64,000 nucleotides of DNA. Source: an uncultured Hormoscilla sp. GTDB lineage: Bacteria; Cyanobacteriota; Cyanobacteriia; Cyanobacteriales; Desertifilaceae. A program made the translations under genes and the position numbers. The notes under the pieces are model-generated. The model was given only the letters and a program-made list of their open reading frames with translations, did no database searches and had not been told where the DNA came from. Shown here one piece after another: positions 12,063-22,343 of the stretch; within the stretch, counting starts at the first letter, position 1; every line of letters begins with the position of its first letter. The stretch spans positions 2,208,001-2,272,000 of the forward strand of contig OZ001293.3 in NCBI GenBank assembly GCA_963921275.4, in the 5' to 3' direction.

Positions 12063-12283
12063 TTCACCTTTTAATCATAACAGACAAACTAACGTTAATC
12101 ATAGCTTCAATTTTCAACTGTTTAATTTCTGATTCCCGGAATATTTTATTTTAACAGACCTGCAGATGGAAAACTCCTTGCCGTTGGAAAACACCCTACC
12201 GCCCGAATTTAAAGAACCCGGCTACACCTTTCCTACCCGCCTCCGCAGGCTAATACCCTCGTCACCGAAAATTACTGAAGTCG

Positions 12284-12542
12284 TTTTAGCCCCAAATGGC
12301 CATGTTTAGCCCTTCCATGGCCATGTTTAGCCCTTCCATGGCCCCAGGTTAGCCCTTCCATGGCCTAGTTTAGCCCCAAATGGCCATGTTTAGCCCTTCT
12401 ATGGCCATGTTTAGCCCTTCCATGGCCCCAGGTTAGCCCAAATATGGCCTAGTTTAGCTCAGACATGGCTTAGTTTAGCCCCAAATTGCCTAGTTGAGCC
12501 CAAACATGGCCTAGTTTAGCCCTTCCATGGCCCAAAAACAGC
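12284..12542. repeat. Non-coding tandem array of ~12 units, mean period 21 bp (units 20-22 bp), consensus GTTTAGCCCTTCCATGGCCAT
   Basis: TAGC-type cores at 12287, 12307, 12328, 12350, 12371, 12391, 12412, 12434, 12455, 12476, 12496, 12517, 12539. Confidence 0.9.
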
Positions 12543-12826
12543 CCGGCCTATTAAACTAAGCCAGCGGGTCGCCTTCATCGTTTCTGCATCGATGTATGGT
12601 TCTAAGGCATCATATAGGCATAGGGCAGAGGCGGTAACTCGAAGCTACCCGTGCTCGGTGTAGCTGAATTTTCCCCAGATGCCTTGCAAGCACCCACGGC
12701 GATCGCACCGACACCGACTCCCAGCATATACAAGAAATTCCGATTTTTCCGGAACGGTGGAATTACAACCATAATTACCTCGCAGTTATACGGTAGCGCA
12801 CCGATTATCTCAACCAGATGGTCGGT

Positions 12827-14008
12827 CTAGGACTGAGAGAGGCGTTTTACTTCTTCACCTCCTAGCAACTGATGCGCCTCTTCTAGTAAAGCCGGGATTT
12901 TGTCCGCGTGGGGACTATGAGCCAGACACGGGCGCAAGTCCAGTTCCCTCACCCGCGAGGCATTATTTCCCGGAAACCAGTGACCTCCGTTATCCAGCAG
13001 GTTATAACGCATTTTGCCATAGTCAATCATGTCGTAGGCCAGGGCGAGATTTCTCAACCACAGGATAATCGGAATATTTACACCACCAGGCGTCCGATCG
13101 GGCTGGGGTAATCCGGAGTGCCAGGTTTTTACCCAATCTTCCCCCAGAGTAGTAATTGCCTCCTGTTCCAGTCTCGCTAAAATCGGCGGCAAGACCTCGG
13201 ACGCCCGGTCTAACAGCGGCAAAACCTGCAAGTGTTCGTCAAAATCTGTGGGTCGCGCCGCCCCCAAACTGAGAGTATGTACCTGCCGATGAGAAAGACA
13301 AAACAGGTCATTAAACTGCATCGGACTCAGGGGTTTACACAATTCTACCAACTTGGGCGGCGGAGCGTAAAGTTTTCCGCCCTTATCGGAAGGACTGATG
13401 ATGAAAACACCCATATCCTGGCGTTGCGCAGCTTCTATAGCAGGCCAGTTAACTTGATTGATGTAGTACCAGTGCAGATTCACGTAGTCAAACTGATCGG
13501 TCTCAATAGTTTTGACAATGATGTCCGTCGGACCGTGAGTCGAGAAGCCAATAAACCGCACCTTGCCTTCCCCTTGCAGCTTGCGGGCCACATCCAGACA
13601 GCCATCCGAGCGAATACTGTCGTGCATCAACGCATCATTATTGATACCGTGCAGGGACAGCAAATCGACATAGTCCAGCCTCAGGAAAGCCAGGGACTGC
13701 TCAAACTGACACCGAAACTCGACTGTGTCTGACTTGGGACTAACCTTGGTCTGGACAATCAGCTGTTCGCGAGGTAGCTGGGGCAAAATATTGCCCAGCT
13801 GCATCTCTGAGGTACCATAGCCCCTAGCCGTTTCCACGTGATTGATGCCGACTTCCACAGACCGGCGAATTGTCGCTTCCAGATTGCGCTGGTTGTCCTC
13901 CGGAATCGAAGATGCTGGCAGATCCTCCCACTTGTATTGATAGCGCATGCCGCCGCAGGAGAATACTGGCATAAGTAGGGAAGTGCGCCCAAATCGTCTG
14001 TATTGCAT
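12827..14008 (-). CDS. Aldo/keto reductase family protein
   Basis: [47 protein letters not shown]. Confidence 0.9.
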   Translation of the reverse strand: MQYRRFGRTSLLMPVFSCGGMRYQYKWEDLPASSIPEDNQRNLEATIRRSVEVGINHVETARGYGTSEMQLGNILPQLPREQLIVQTKVSPKSDTVEFRCQFEQSLAFLRLDYVDLLSLHGINNDALMHDSIRSDGCLDVARKLQGEGKVRFIGFSTHGPTDIIVKTIETDQFDYVNLHWYYINQVNWPAIEAAQRQDMGVFIISPSDKGGKLYAPPPKLVELCKPLSPMQFNDLFCLSHRQVHTLSLGAARPTDFDEHLQVLPLLDRASEVLPPILARLEQEAITTLGEDWVKTWHSGLPQPDRTPGGVNIPIILWLRNLALAYDMIDYGKMRYNLLDNGGHWFPGNNASRVRELDLRPCLAHSPHADKIPALLEEAHQLLGGEEVKRLSQS

Positions 14009-14236
14009 GGGTTTGAGTGGGTTTGGTATCAGTTGAATCTGAGAGTGTCTGCCCGTTAGCGCAGCAAGATCAGCGATAAGATCAGCTCAAGTCCCCCTCA
14101 TCGACACGCCAATCTGATGGGCCGGGTTTTTCGATATCTCTTGTTGTGCTCTTGTCCCAGGAGACTCGGCACACAAGAGATATCGGGGACTCATAACCGT
14201 ACCAGACCTACTGTACCTTAACTCACTTATGTGCAA

Positions 14237-15271
14237 ATGGACATTTCTGAACTAGACCACTTGGAAACTTCGGTGCAAGATTTGCTGGCCACGGCCAAGC
14301 TAGAGCTGAAAGCAACGCGCCTAGAGCAGCAACGGGACGAGCAGGTTCAAAAAGCTGTGGCCGAGATTCGCAAGCGAGTGGAACCTTTACTCGCCGACCT
14401 AGAGCAAACCCTCGCACAGTTCGAGAGTGTCAATGGTAGCGCTATTCGTCAGAAACTAGAGGAAAAAGCCGCCGATCTGCGACGACAGTTGGAGGAGGCT
14501 CCCGTCTTAGCGGCTCAGGTTGCAGATTGTCAGCTGATTCTCAATGAGGAACGCTTACTGGACGAGCGACTGGCAGAGCAAACTAACCAGTGGCGGCACG
14601 AACTCAAGGCTGACTTACTGGATATGATTGCCGAGCAACAAGATTTCTATAGTGCTACTGATGGAGCGATCGCGATCCGGGCTTATATCGATGACCTCAA
14701 AGCCATTGGTGCTCTCGAAGAGGTCATCGATGCCTTGATTAACCAGATCAATACCCACTCTAAAGAGGGACCCGCTGCCCGCCTGCGGGGTACTTACGAG
14801 CAAACCCTCAACTTTATTTACGACAAAGCGATGGAGAACCGATCGCGGGTGACAATTAACCGCAGCGTGCAACCGCGCACTCGTCATCGCATATCGGAAA
14901 AACGACCCAACCCCTACATAGATCTAGAGGGTAAGGTAGTGATTTTTGGCGGACATGACCGACTGGCCACGGCTGTAAAAAATCGTCTGCGGAATTCTCA
15001 GGTCAACCTGACCTGGTGTACGGCTCAAGATGGATTACAGTTAGCTCAACAGGCGGAAAATCACATTGCTAATGCGGATATGGTTTTGATTGTCACTGGT
15101 TATGCTAGTCACTCCCTAACAGAAAAAGCGATCCAAGCTGCCCAACGTGCAGGCATAACTCCAGAAATGATTAACACTACAGGCATGACTAAAGTGCTGG
15201 AAGTTATTGAGTTAGGTCTGAAAACTAAACTCCTAGCTCGCCACTTAAATCAATCTTTCAGAGCTGTGTAA
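14237..15271 (+). CDS. Coiled-coil protein with C-terminal DUF2325-like domain
   Basis: Long helical N-terminus; C-terminal KVVIFGGH...ADMVLIVTGYASHSL. Confidence 0.7.
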   Translation: MDISELDHLETSVQDLLATAKLELKATRLEQQRDEQVQKAVAEIRKRVEPLLADLEQTLAQFESVNGSAIRQKLEEKAADLRRQLEEAPVLAAQVADCQLILNEERLLDERLAEQTNQWRHELKADLLDMIAEQQDFYSATDGAIAIRAYIDDLKAIGALEEVIDALINQINTHSKEGPAARLRGTYEQTLNFIYDKAMENRSRVTINRSVQPRTRHRISEKRPNPYIDLEGKVVIFGGHDRLATAVKNRLRNSQVNLTWCTAQDGLQLAQQAENHIANADMVLIVTGYASHSLTEKAIQAAQRAGITPEMINTTGMTKVLEVIELGLKTKLLARHLNQSFRAV

Positions 15272-15384
15272 GCTAAGTAGGACTTGTCTCGCCTGGGAGA
15301 GTCCGCGTCCGAGAAACCCGGTATGGAGTAAAAACCGGGTTTCTTAATTCTAGCAATGAACAATTAGCAATCAACCATCAACTA

Positions 15385-16095
15385 TCACATTTCCTTCACT
15401 ACTGGGTTTCCATCTTTAACTTCGCCCACTAGGACTAAGTCGGCGACGCCTACGAATAAACCATTTTCCAAAACGCCGGGAAGGTTATTGAGAGTGTTTT
15501 CTAGTTCTGCTGGGTTATCAATAGAATCAAACTTGACATCGATCACCATATTGCCTTGGTCGGTGATCGCGGGTCCAGCTTTTTTGACACCCATCCGCAG
15601 TTCTGGTTTACCGCCCAGTTTCTCTATGGCGCGCATTACCGGTGTCATAGCCATAGGAATCACTTCTACTGGCAGCAGGAAGGTGGAACCCAGCTTGTCT
15701 ACCAGTTTCCCAACGTCTACGACGACGATAAACTGGTCTGCCAGAGAGTCCACAACCTTTTCCCGAGTGTGGGCCGCGCCACCACCTTTGATTAGGTTCT
15801 TTTGCGGATCTACTTCATCGGCGCCGTCAATGGCAATGTCTATGCGGTCAACGGCATCTAGGGTGGTTAAGGGGATGCCATATTGTTTCGCCAGCACTTC
15901 CGCTTGAAAGGATGTGGGGATGCCTTGGATGTCTTTGAGGTCTCCTGATTTCAGCCTTACGCCCAAATGCTTGATCGCGTAGGCCGTAGTTGACCCGGTC
16001 CCCAACCCCACGATTGTACCAGACTGGATGCGGGCTGCGGCTGCTTTCCCCACTTCCTGTTTCATCACTTTTACCGGGTCAGCTCGCGTGCTCAT
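15385..16095 (-). CDS. rpiA: Ribose-5-phosphate isomerase A
   Basis: [29 protein letters not shown]. Confidence 0.97.
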   Translation of the reverse strand: MSTRADPVKVMKQEVGKAAAARIQSGTIVGLGTGSTTAYAIKHLGVRLKSGDLKDIQGIPTSFQAEVLAKQYGIPLTTLDAVDRIDIAIDGADEVDPQKNLIKGGGAAHTREKVVDSLADQFIVVVDVGKLVDKLGSTFLLPVEVIPMAMTPVMRAIEKLGGKPELRMGVKKAGPAITDQGNMVIDVKFDSIDNPAELENTLNNLPGVLENGLFVGVADLVLVGEVKDGNPVVKEM

Positions 16096-16424
16096 ACTTA
16101 AAACTCCCTTAAATCTTCTGACATTACATGCTGTCTGGGGTTATACCAACTTTCCTCGCAATTGTCAATTTACTATCTCTTGTCCCCTTAACACACATGA
16201 TTGCATATTTTCTCATGTCTGTCAAGCCATAATATTGTAATATTGTCTTACCCTAAGGGCATCCGAAAATTAACATGCGGAGTTAGCAAAAATCTGCATA
16301 AACCTATGATGAAGCTGTCGCGCATTTAATTGCAGACAGATAGGGTTTTCCAATTTTGAATGTTGCATCGGTTATTCCAGACCGCAATCTAACAACAACT
16401 AAGAACTAACAACCAACAATAAAA

Positions 16425-17246
16425 ATGCCTTACCTAGCCCGGATTTTAATTTACCCGATCAAAGCTTTGGATGGAGTTGCTGTCAAGCAAGCAAAGGTAA
16501 TGACTGGCGGTGCGCTAGAACATGACCGAGAATTTGCTATGCTTGACGATAAAAATAGGTTTGTCAATGGCAAGCGGAATGTTAAGATTCACAATCTTAG
16601 GGCTAAGTTTGATGCTTCTATGATAAGAGTTTCAATTCAGGAGGGAGAAGCAGAACAAGTTTTTCATCTGCATCGGGAACGCAGTCAGCTAGAAACATGG
16701 TTAAGTGAATATTTTGGTTTGTCAGTCCATTTGCAGCAAAACTCACTCAAGGGCTTTCCAGATGATACTGAGGCTTTTGGCCCGACAGTAATTAGTACGG
16801 AGACGATCGCCCAAGCAGCATCTTGGTTTCCGGGAGTAAGCGTGTCGGAGATGCGATCGCGCCTGCGAGCTAATCTAGAAATAGAGGGGGTGCCAGCATT
16901 ATGGGAAGATCGGTTGTTTGCCTCAGACAGTAATGCTAGCATATGGTTTAGGATAGGAGATGTTTCGATGGAAGGAGTAAATCCCTGTCAGCGTTGCGTG
17001 GTGCCCACACGAAACTCTATGACTGGGGAAGCATACCCAGATTTCCAAAAGATATTCACGACCAAGCGGAAAGAAACTTTGCCCGGGTGGGTTGCAGCAT
17101 CTCGCTTCAACCATTTTTACAGATTGAGTGTGAACACGCGCATCCCCGCATCGGAAGCTGGTAAGATTTTACAGGTAGGCGATGAAGTGCAGATTCTGGA
17201 TGAGAATAGAGAATTGAGAATAGAGAATGGTAGATTTATTTATTAA
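16425..17246 (+). CDS. MOSC domain-containing protein
   Basis: IYPIKALDG, DREFAMLD, RLRANLEI, PCQRCVVP. Confidence 0.88.
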   Translation: MPYLARILIYPIKALDGVAVKQAKVMTGGALEHDREFAMLDDKNRFVNGKRNVKIHNLRAKFDASMIRVSIQEGEAEQVFHLHRERSQLETWLSEYFGLSVHLQQNSLKGFPDDTEAFGPTVISTETIAQAASWFPGVSVSEMRSRLRANLEIEGVPALWEDRLFASDSNASIWFRIGDVSMEGVNPCQRCVVPTRNSMTGEAYPDFQKIFTTKRKETLPGWVAASRFNHFYRLSVNTRIPASEAGKILQVGDEVQILDENRELRIENGRFIY

Positions 17247-17461
17247 TGTCCATTCCCAAGGCGGCCATTGTCCATCCGAATCTAAAAATAAAAAAATGAC
17301 ATGCTATCGGCGATCTGCATGATAATAGAATAAGGATTGCAGTCAGTTTTAACCGACTTTAGCTGTTAGCCGGGGGTTTGAACCCCGGCGGGTTAGCGGG
17401 AAAGGAAGCAGGTGAAAATGATACCTCGGGGCGGGTTAGCGGGAAAAGGAAGCAGGTGAAA

Positions 17462-18856
17462 ATGACAAAGGCTCGCAAAGAAACGGACAGCATGGGGGAA
17501 ATAGAAGTCCCCGCAGATCGCTATTGGGGGGCCCAAACCCAGCGATCGCTAATATATTTCTCGATCGGGCAAGACTTGATACCGGCGGAAGTAATCGCGG
17601 CCTTCGGGATTCTGAAAAAAGCGGCAGCCCTCAGCAACGAAGAATTGGGTAAACTACCAGAAGAGAAAGCTAAACTGATCGTGCAGGCAGCGTCGGAAGT
17701 AATTGAGGGCAAGCTGGATGGTAATTTCCCCCTGCATGTCTGGATGACGGGTAGCGGCACCCAATGTAATATGAATGTGAATGAAGTGATCTCTAATCGG
17801 GCGATCGAACTGGCGGGGGGGGTAATGGGAAGTAAAAACCCCATTCACCCCAACGATCACGTGAATATGTCTCAGTCTTCCAACGATACTTTCCCGACGG
17901 CCATGCATATTGCTGCCGCAGTGGCATGCAATCAACGATTGATTCCTAAGGTGAAAAAGATGCGGGAGGCGCTGCAACAAAAGTCGGAAGCATTTGCCGA
18001 GATTGTCAAAATCGGTCGCACCCATCTCCAGGATGCCGTACCTCTGACTTTGGGACAGGAATTTTCCGGTTATGTAGCCCAACTGGATGCTGCTTTGCAG
18101 CGGATCGATCGGGTATTGCCGGAACTCTACGAACTGGCGATCGGGGGAACGGCGGTGGGCACGGGATTGAATGCTACCAAGGGGTTCGCTGCCACTGCTG
18201 TCAAGCACATTAGCAATCTTACGGGATTACCATTTACCGAAGCCCCCAATAAGTTTGCTGCGATCGCGGCCCATGATGCGATCGTGATGGCCAGCGCGGC
18301 CTTGCGGACTCTAGCTGGTTCTCTAATGAAAATTGCCAACGACATTCGCTTTTTAGGAAGTGGACCCCGCTGCGGTTTGGGCGAACTGATCCTACCAGAA
18401 AACGAACCCGGTTCTTCGATCATGCCGGGGAAAGTCAACCCCACCCAATGCGAAGCGATGACAATGGTAGCAGCACAAGTCATGGGCTATGATACGGCAG
18501 TGGCGATCGCGGGTTCCTCAGGACATTTCGAGTTAAACACCTATAAACCAATGATGGTGTTTAACCTAATTCAATCCATCAATCTGATCGCGGACAGTTG
18601 CAACAACTTCACTGATTTTCTGCTAGCGGGACTAAAACCGAACCGGAAGAAAATCGAGTATTATTTAGAACAGTCATTGATGCTAGTGACGGCATTAAGT
18701 CCGACCATTGGCTACGACAAAGCGGCCCAAGTGGGGCACTTCGCCTTGGAAAAAAACATGACCTTAAAGCAAGCTTGTCTGGAATTGGGGTACGTGTCGG
18801 AAGCAGAGTTCGATCGGATTGTCGTTCCCAGCAAAATGGCCCATCCAGAAATGTAA
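17462..18856 (+). CDS. fumC: Class II fumarate hydratase
   Basis: [39 protein letters not shown]. Confidence 0.97.
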   Translation: MTKARKETDSMGEIEVPADRYWGAQTQRSLIYFSIGQDLIPAEVIAAFGILKKAAALSNEELGKLPEEKAKLIVQAASEVIEGKLDGNFPLHVWMTGSGTQCNMNVNEVISNRAIELAGGVMGSKNPIHPNDHVNMSQSSNDTFPTAMHIAAAVACNQRLIPKVKKMREALQQKSEAFAEIVKIGRTHLQDAVPLTLGQEFSGYVAQLDAALQRIDRVLPELYELAIGGTAVGTGLNATKGFAATAVKHISNLTGLPFTEAPNKFAAIAAHDAIVMASAALRTLAGSLMKIANDIRFLGSGPRCGLGELILPENEPGSSIMPGKVNPTQCEAMTMVAAQVMGYDTAVAIAGSSGHFELNTYKPMMVFNLIQSINLIADSCNNFTDFLLAGLKPNRKKIEYYLEQSLMLVTALSPTIGYDKAAQVGHFALEKNMTLKQACLELGYVSEAEFDRIVVPSKMAHPEM

Positions 18857-18859
18857 AGC

Positions 18860-18914
18860 GTTCGTAGTAAGCACTTTAGTGCTTCCCAGGTTCGTAGTAA
18901 GCACTTTAGTGCTT
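18860..18914 (+). repeat. Two tandem GTAG-type REP-like units (GTTCGTAGTAAGCACTTTAGTGCTT)
   Basis: GTAG followed by hairpin AAGCAC-TTTA-GTGCTT. Relatives at 3860, 5417, 8542, 40026 and 48678-48883. Confidence 0.8.
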
Positions 18915-19164
18915 CGCAGGCGCGAAAGCAGTCGATGGCGGTTTTCCAGTCCCCACCGGATGTCTGGAAAGCTGCTGCTTTTCTTGTGTGGGCCAGACAT
19001 TCTGACCAGTCACAATTAGCCAGTCTATGTCAGTCACCACTCACCAGATTTAATCATAGCACACCAGTCCAGCATTGTCAATCAAGTACAAGAAACAGAG
19101 TTTTTGGGGCTGAAAATATGGATATTTCGTTCCTCCCAGATAGTCTCAACCCGGCTTATCTACC

Positions 19165-19345
19165 AATACCAGATCGCCCGACAATAGTGGAAATACGGAT
19201 AAATTGCGGTTGTACCATAGCATTGTAGACCTGACTTGAGGGACCGTGCTTGCCTCGCCTTTTCTTCCAGCGTAGCATGTAACGGGCAACTCGCTAGCGG
19301 AATTCTCATGCTTGACAATATAATTGCTAGAGGCTACCAACGTAA
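19165..19345 (-). pseudogene. Decayed duplicate of the 3' end and downstream flank of the 19566-20225 gene
   Basis: Aligns with ~19530-19705 with many substitutions and a 4-nt deletion. Confidence 0.75.
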
Positions 19346-19565
19346 AGCGGGACAAAATTCCACAGAGATCGGCCTATACCCTTGAAGCCTGGAAGCCTTG
19401 CCTGGTGGTCTGTCCCGGTTTAAGTTGGTAGCCCAAAGGGGGGGGCACCTTCTTGAGCAGGGAGCACCCGAGCAGGCCCAAAGAGAAGCGGTACTACCGG
19501 GCTTTGTTTTGGAGTTGACAAAGAAAATCCCGATCGCCCGATAATAGTGGACAAGAAGGATTTGC

Positions 19566-20225
19566 TTACGGTTGTACCGTCGCACTGTAGACCTGACTCC
19601 AAGGACCCCGATCTCCCCGCCTGTTTTTCCAGCGTAGCATGTAATGAGCAATTTCACCGCCAGCGGAATCCTCATGCTTGGCAACATAAGGACTGGCGCT
19701 AGAAACATCCAAAAGCAGGTATTCTTTGGGGTTTTTGGCAGGGTTATCCCCCAGCCTCAACCAAATTTCGCAACCGCTTACCCCAGAGGGTTTGCCACGA
19801 CGGTTGGGGGTTGCTTCGTCCATAAAGTGAATGGTGTGTTGCAGTCGCTGACCCATTTCTATCCTTGCTATCGGTCGATTTATTGGTGGGCCAACCCGGG
19901 TGCGACTGAAAGTCGGTACAGTTATCCCCAAAGATACCTTTTGGTCTTCAGTGACCTTGTCGTTTACTTGCAATTTCCGCACCATCCGACGCAAAGCTGA
20001 TTGATAATCTTTGCAAAGATTATCCTTTTTCTGGCGGGCCCCTTGGGCAGCCGATTGCGCGTTAAGATGAGCGCTATAGGCGGCTTGCCAGCTGCTTTGC
20101 ATGTTACTCAGGGCAGCTAACTCTTCGCCGGTCAATCCGAAATCGGCCTGATGAGTCTTCAGGAGGTTGAGAAAGTTGGTTTCCCAATTGTTAAATTCGC
20201 TTTCGCGTCTGGGTAGGTAATCCAT
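19566..20225 (-). CDS. Uncharacterised protein: helical N-terminus and FN3-like beta C-terminus (paralogue of 42061-42726)
   Basis: Shared motifs DY[LI]P, LGITVP, KP.GV.GCEIW, AHYMLRW...G..GPWSQ.YS. Confidence 0.85.
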   Translation of the reverse strand: MDYLPRRESEFNNWETNFLNLLKTHQADFGLTGEELAALSNMQSSWQAAYSAHLNAQSAAQGARQKKDNLCKDYQSALRRMVRKLQVNDKVTEDQKVSLGITVPTFSRTRVGPPINRPIARIEMGQRLQHTIHFMDEATPNRRGKPSGVSGCEIWLRLGDNPAKNPKEYLLLDVSSASPYVAKHEDSAGGEIAHYMLRWKNRRGDRGPWSQVYSATVQP

Positions 20226-20450
20226 ATTTGATTTTTCCCTTGATTAAGATTATAACGCGATGTGCAACTTTCTACGGAAGAATAACGATTTGGTGGTCTT
20301 TGGCTGAAAATGTTGTTCTCAAAACTCCCTAAATCTCGTTAGTTGGAAAAATTCGCTTCATCCATCACGGGTGCGATCGCCTACCAGACCACCGACTCCT
20401 GGGTGATACTGGCGCTATTCGCACAAAAAGGGAGACACTGCGGATGTGAT

Positions 20451-20720
20451 ACGACTCTTCCGTACCCGAGTACGACTCCTCCGTACCCGAGCACGACTCC
20501 TCTGTGCCCGAGCACGACTTTTCTGTGCCCAAGCACGACTTTTCTGTGCCCAAGCACGACTCTTCCGTGCTTGAGCAAGACTCTTCCGTGCCCGAGCAAG
20601 ACTCTTCTGTGCTTGAGCAAGACTCTTCCGTGCTTGAGCAAGACTCTTCCGTGCCCGGGTACAACTCTTCCGTACCCGAGCACGACTCTTCCGTACCCGG
20701 GTACGACTCTTCCGTACCCC
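20451..20720. repeat. Tandem array of 13 x 21 bp (consensus ACGACTCTTCCGTGCCCGAGC)
   Basis: Exact 21-bp period from 20451 to 20703. Confidence 0.95.
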
Positions 20721-20909
20721 ATGTGGGTTCAAATACAGTTATAGCATATTTCTATCTCGATATCTGAGGAGGAATTCACGGTCGGTGCTGGCGCTGACAA
20801 ACAGCAGATTTGAGATAGGCCGCCAATTTTTGAGAAGAATCTGGTCAACAAGCATGTTGGATAATTATGGGGCAATATTCAATCAGCGATCGGGCAGTTA
20901 GGCTTGCTC

Positions 20910-21052
20910 TAATTAACAGCTAAACCACGTTCATGTCGGACCGGGTCCGAAACTATAACTATGTCTCTAGACAATTTGCGCGACTTATATCAACAAGTTA
21001 TTCTAGAATATATCAAGTTGCCTCGGCATAGGGGGAAAACAGGGCCGGTGCC
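20910..21052 (+). pseudogene. Degenerate copy of the sufU-like upstream region and 5' end
   Basis: GTTCATGTCGGACCGGGTCCGAAAC.ATAACTATGTCTCT...AATTTGCGCGAC...CAACAAGTTATTCTAGAA matches 34085-34210. Confidence 0.85.
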
Positions 21053-21239
21053 GAGCGCGTAGCGGAGGGGGCCCGGAGCGTGTGCCGTGGGCCAGAGCTG
21101 GAGACTAACTGTAAGTACCGGTGCCTAGATCGCGACTACATAATTCACTTACCCTTGACAAGCAATGAAGATAAAAATAATCTTGATGAATAAATTAAGT
21201 TAAAATAGTATTGTACTCTCGCATTGCTGTCTAGGAGCT

Positions 21240-22322
21240 ATGAAAGCAGAGCTTATCAAGAGGTTGTTTAGGGCGATCGCTAGTGGAGACCAAGAGGCGA
21301 TCGACAAACTCACGTACATAGTAATTTTAGAAGAGCGTAAGAAGGGACACACATTGTTAGCCGATCAGTTAGAAAATATTACTAAGCACCAGTCAAAGTC
21401 CAATGGTTCCGGAAGGGTACCAGAGACAGAGCGAACCAGGCTGCAAACCCGCCTGCGCGAAAAATCGGATAAGAGCGCCTGTAGCACGACTAAACCTGCC
21501 ATGCAAGAACAGGCGGGGACGCCTATTCTACAGGATCTAAGCACGCTGCCAACAAGTAAGCGATTTGATTTTCCTCTAATTACGATCGTACCTCCAGAGA
21601 AATTACGGCATCATATGGTGCTGCCGGAGAAAATTGAGAAACGTTTCCGGCGAATTGAACGGGAGTATGCTGCCAGAGATAGATTAGCTCATTATGGCTT
21701 GCGCTACAGACAAAAAATTATTTTGTACGGTCCTCCGGGCTGTGGTAAAACCTTAGGAGCTGAACGTTTAGCTTGGCACACGGGTTTACCGATGGTCAAG
21801 GTGCGATTTGATGCCATAGTATCGTCTTTTTTGGGGGAGACGGCAAGTAATTTGAGCGCCGTGTTTGAAAAACTGGACAAGATGGACTGCTTGTTGTTTC
21901 TGGATGAATGTGACTCCCTGGCTAAGTCACGGTCAGACCCCCAGGAAGTTGGAGAAATTAAGCGAGTGGTGAATACTTTTCTCCAACTACTTGACGATTA
22001 CTCCCCATCTTCTGGTATGATAGTAGCAGCCACTAACCTAAACGAGTCTCTCGATCGGGCTCTCTGGAGGAGATTTGATGACTTGATTGAAGTGCCACTA
22101 CCGGGAGAGCAAGAACTGCGGTTAATTTTCAAAGAAAAATTCTCGACAGTGGAAGTAGGTGCGATCGACTGGTCGCGGATAATTGCGCAAATGAGTGGCT
22201 TCTCTGCTGCTCAAGCCGAAAAAGTAGCTCAAGATGCTGCTAAACGCGCGATTCTCGATCGAGAAGAACTCGTAATTCAGTCCCATCTAGAAGAGGCGAT
22301 CGCCGAAATCAAGGTTGTTTAG
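21240..22322 (+). CDS. AAA+ ATPase (IetA-like)
   Basis: Walker A GPPGCGKT, Walker B LLFLDE, AATN...LDRALWRRFD; directly upstream of an S8 protease. Confidence 0.9.
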   Translation: MKAELIKRLFRAIASGDQEAIDKLTYIVILEERKKGHTLLADQLENITKHQSKSNGSGRVPETERTRLQTRLREKSDKSACSTTKPAMQEQAGTPILQDLSTLPTSKRFDFPLITIVPPEKLRHHMVLPEKIEKRFRRIEREYAARDRLAHYGLRYRQKIILYGPPGCGKTLGAERLAWHTGLPMVKVRFDAIVSSFLGETASNLSAVFEKLDKMDCLLFLDECDSLAKSRSDPQEVGEIKRVVNTFLQLLDDYSPSSGMIVAATNLNESLDRALWRRFDDLIEVPLPGEQELRLIFKEKFSTVEVGAIDWSRIIAQMSGFSAAQAEKVAQDAAKRAILDREELVIQSHLEEAIAEIKVV

Positions 22323-22343
22323 GAAAAATCTGAGAAGAAGAAA

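Noticed and set aside
17378..17461. Extended fumC N-terminus
   Set aside because: The TTG lies in a GC hairpin; FumC homology begins at the ATG at 17462.
19165..19705. DGR template/variable repeat pair at the 3' end of the 219-aa gene
   Set aside because: Mismatches involve all four bases plus an indel rather than being confined to adenines, and no RT gene is in the window.
20343..20767. Five overlapping heptad-repeat ORFs as genes
   Set aside because: They follow from a stop-free 21-bp unit and no frame can be preferred from sequence alone; reported as a repeat.
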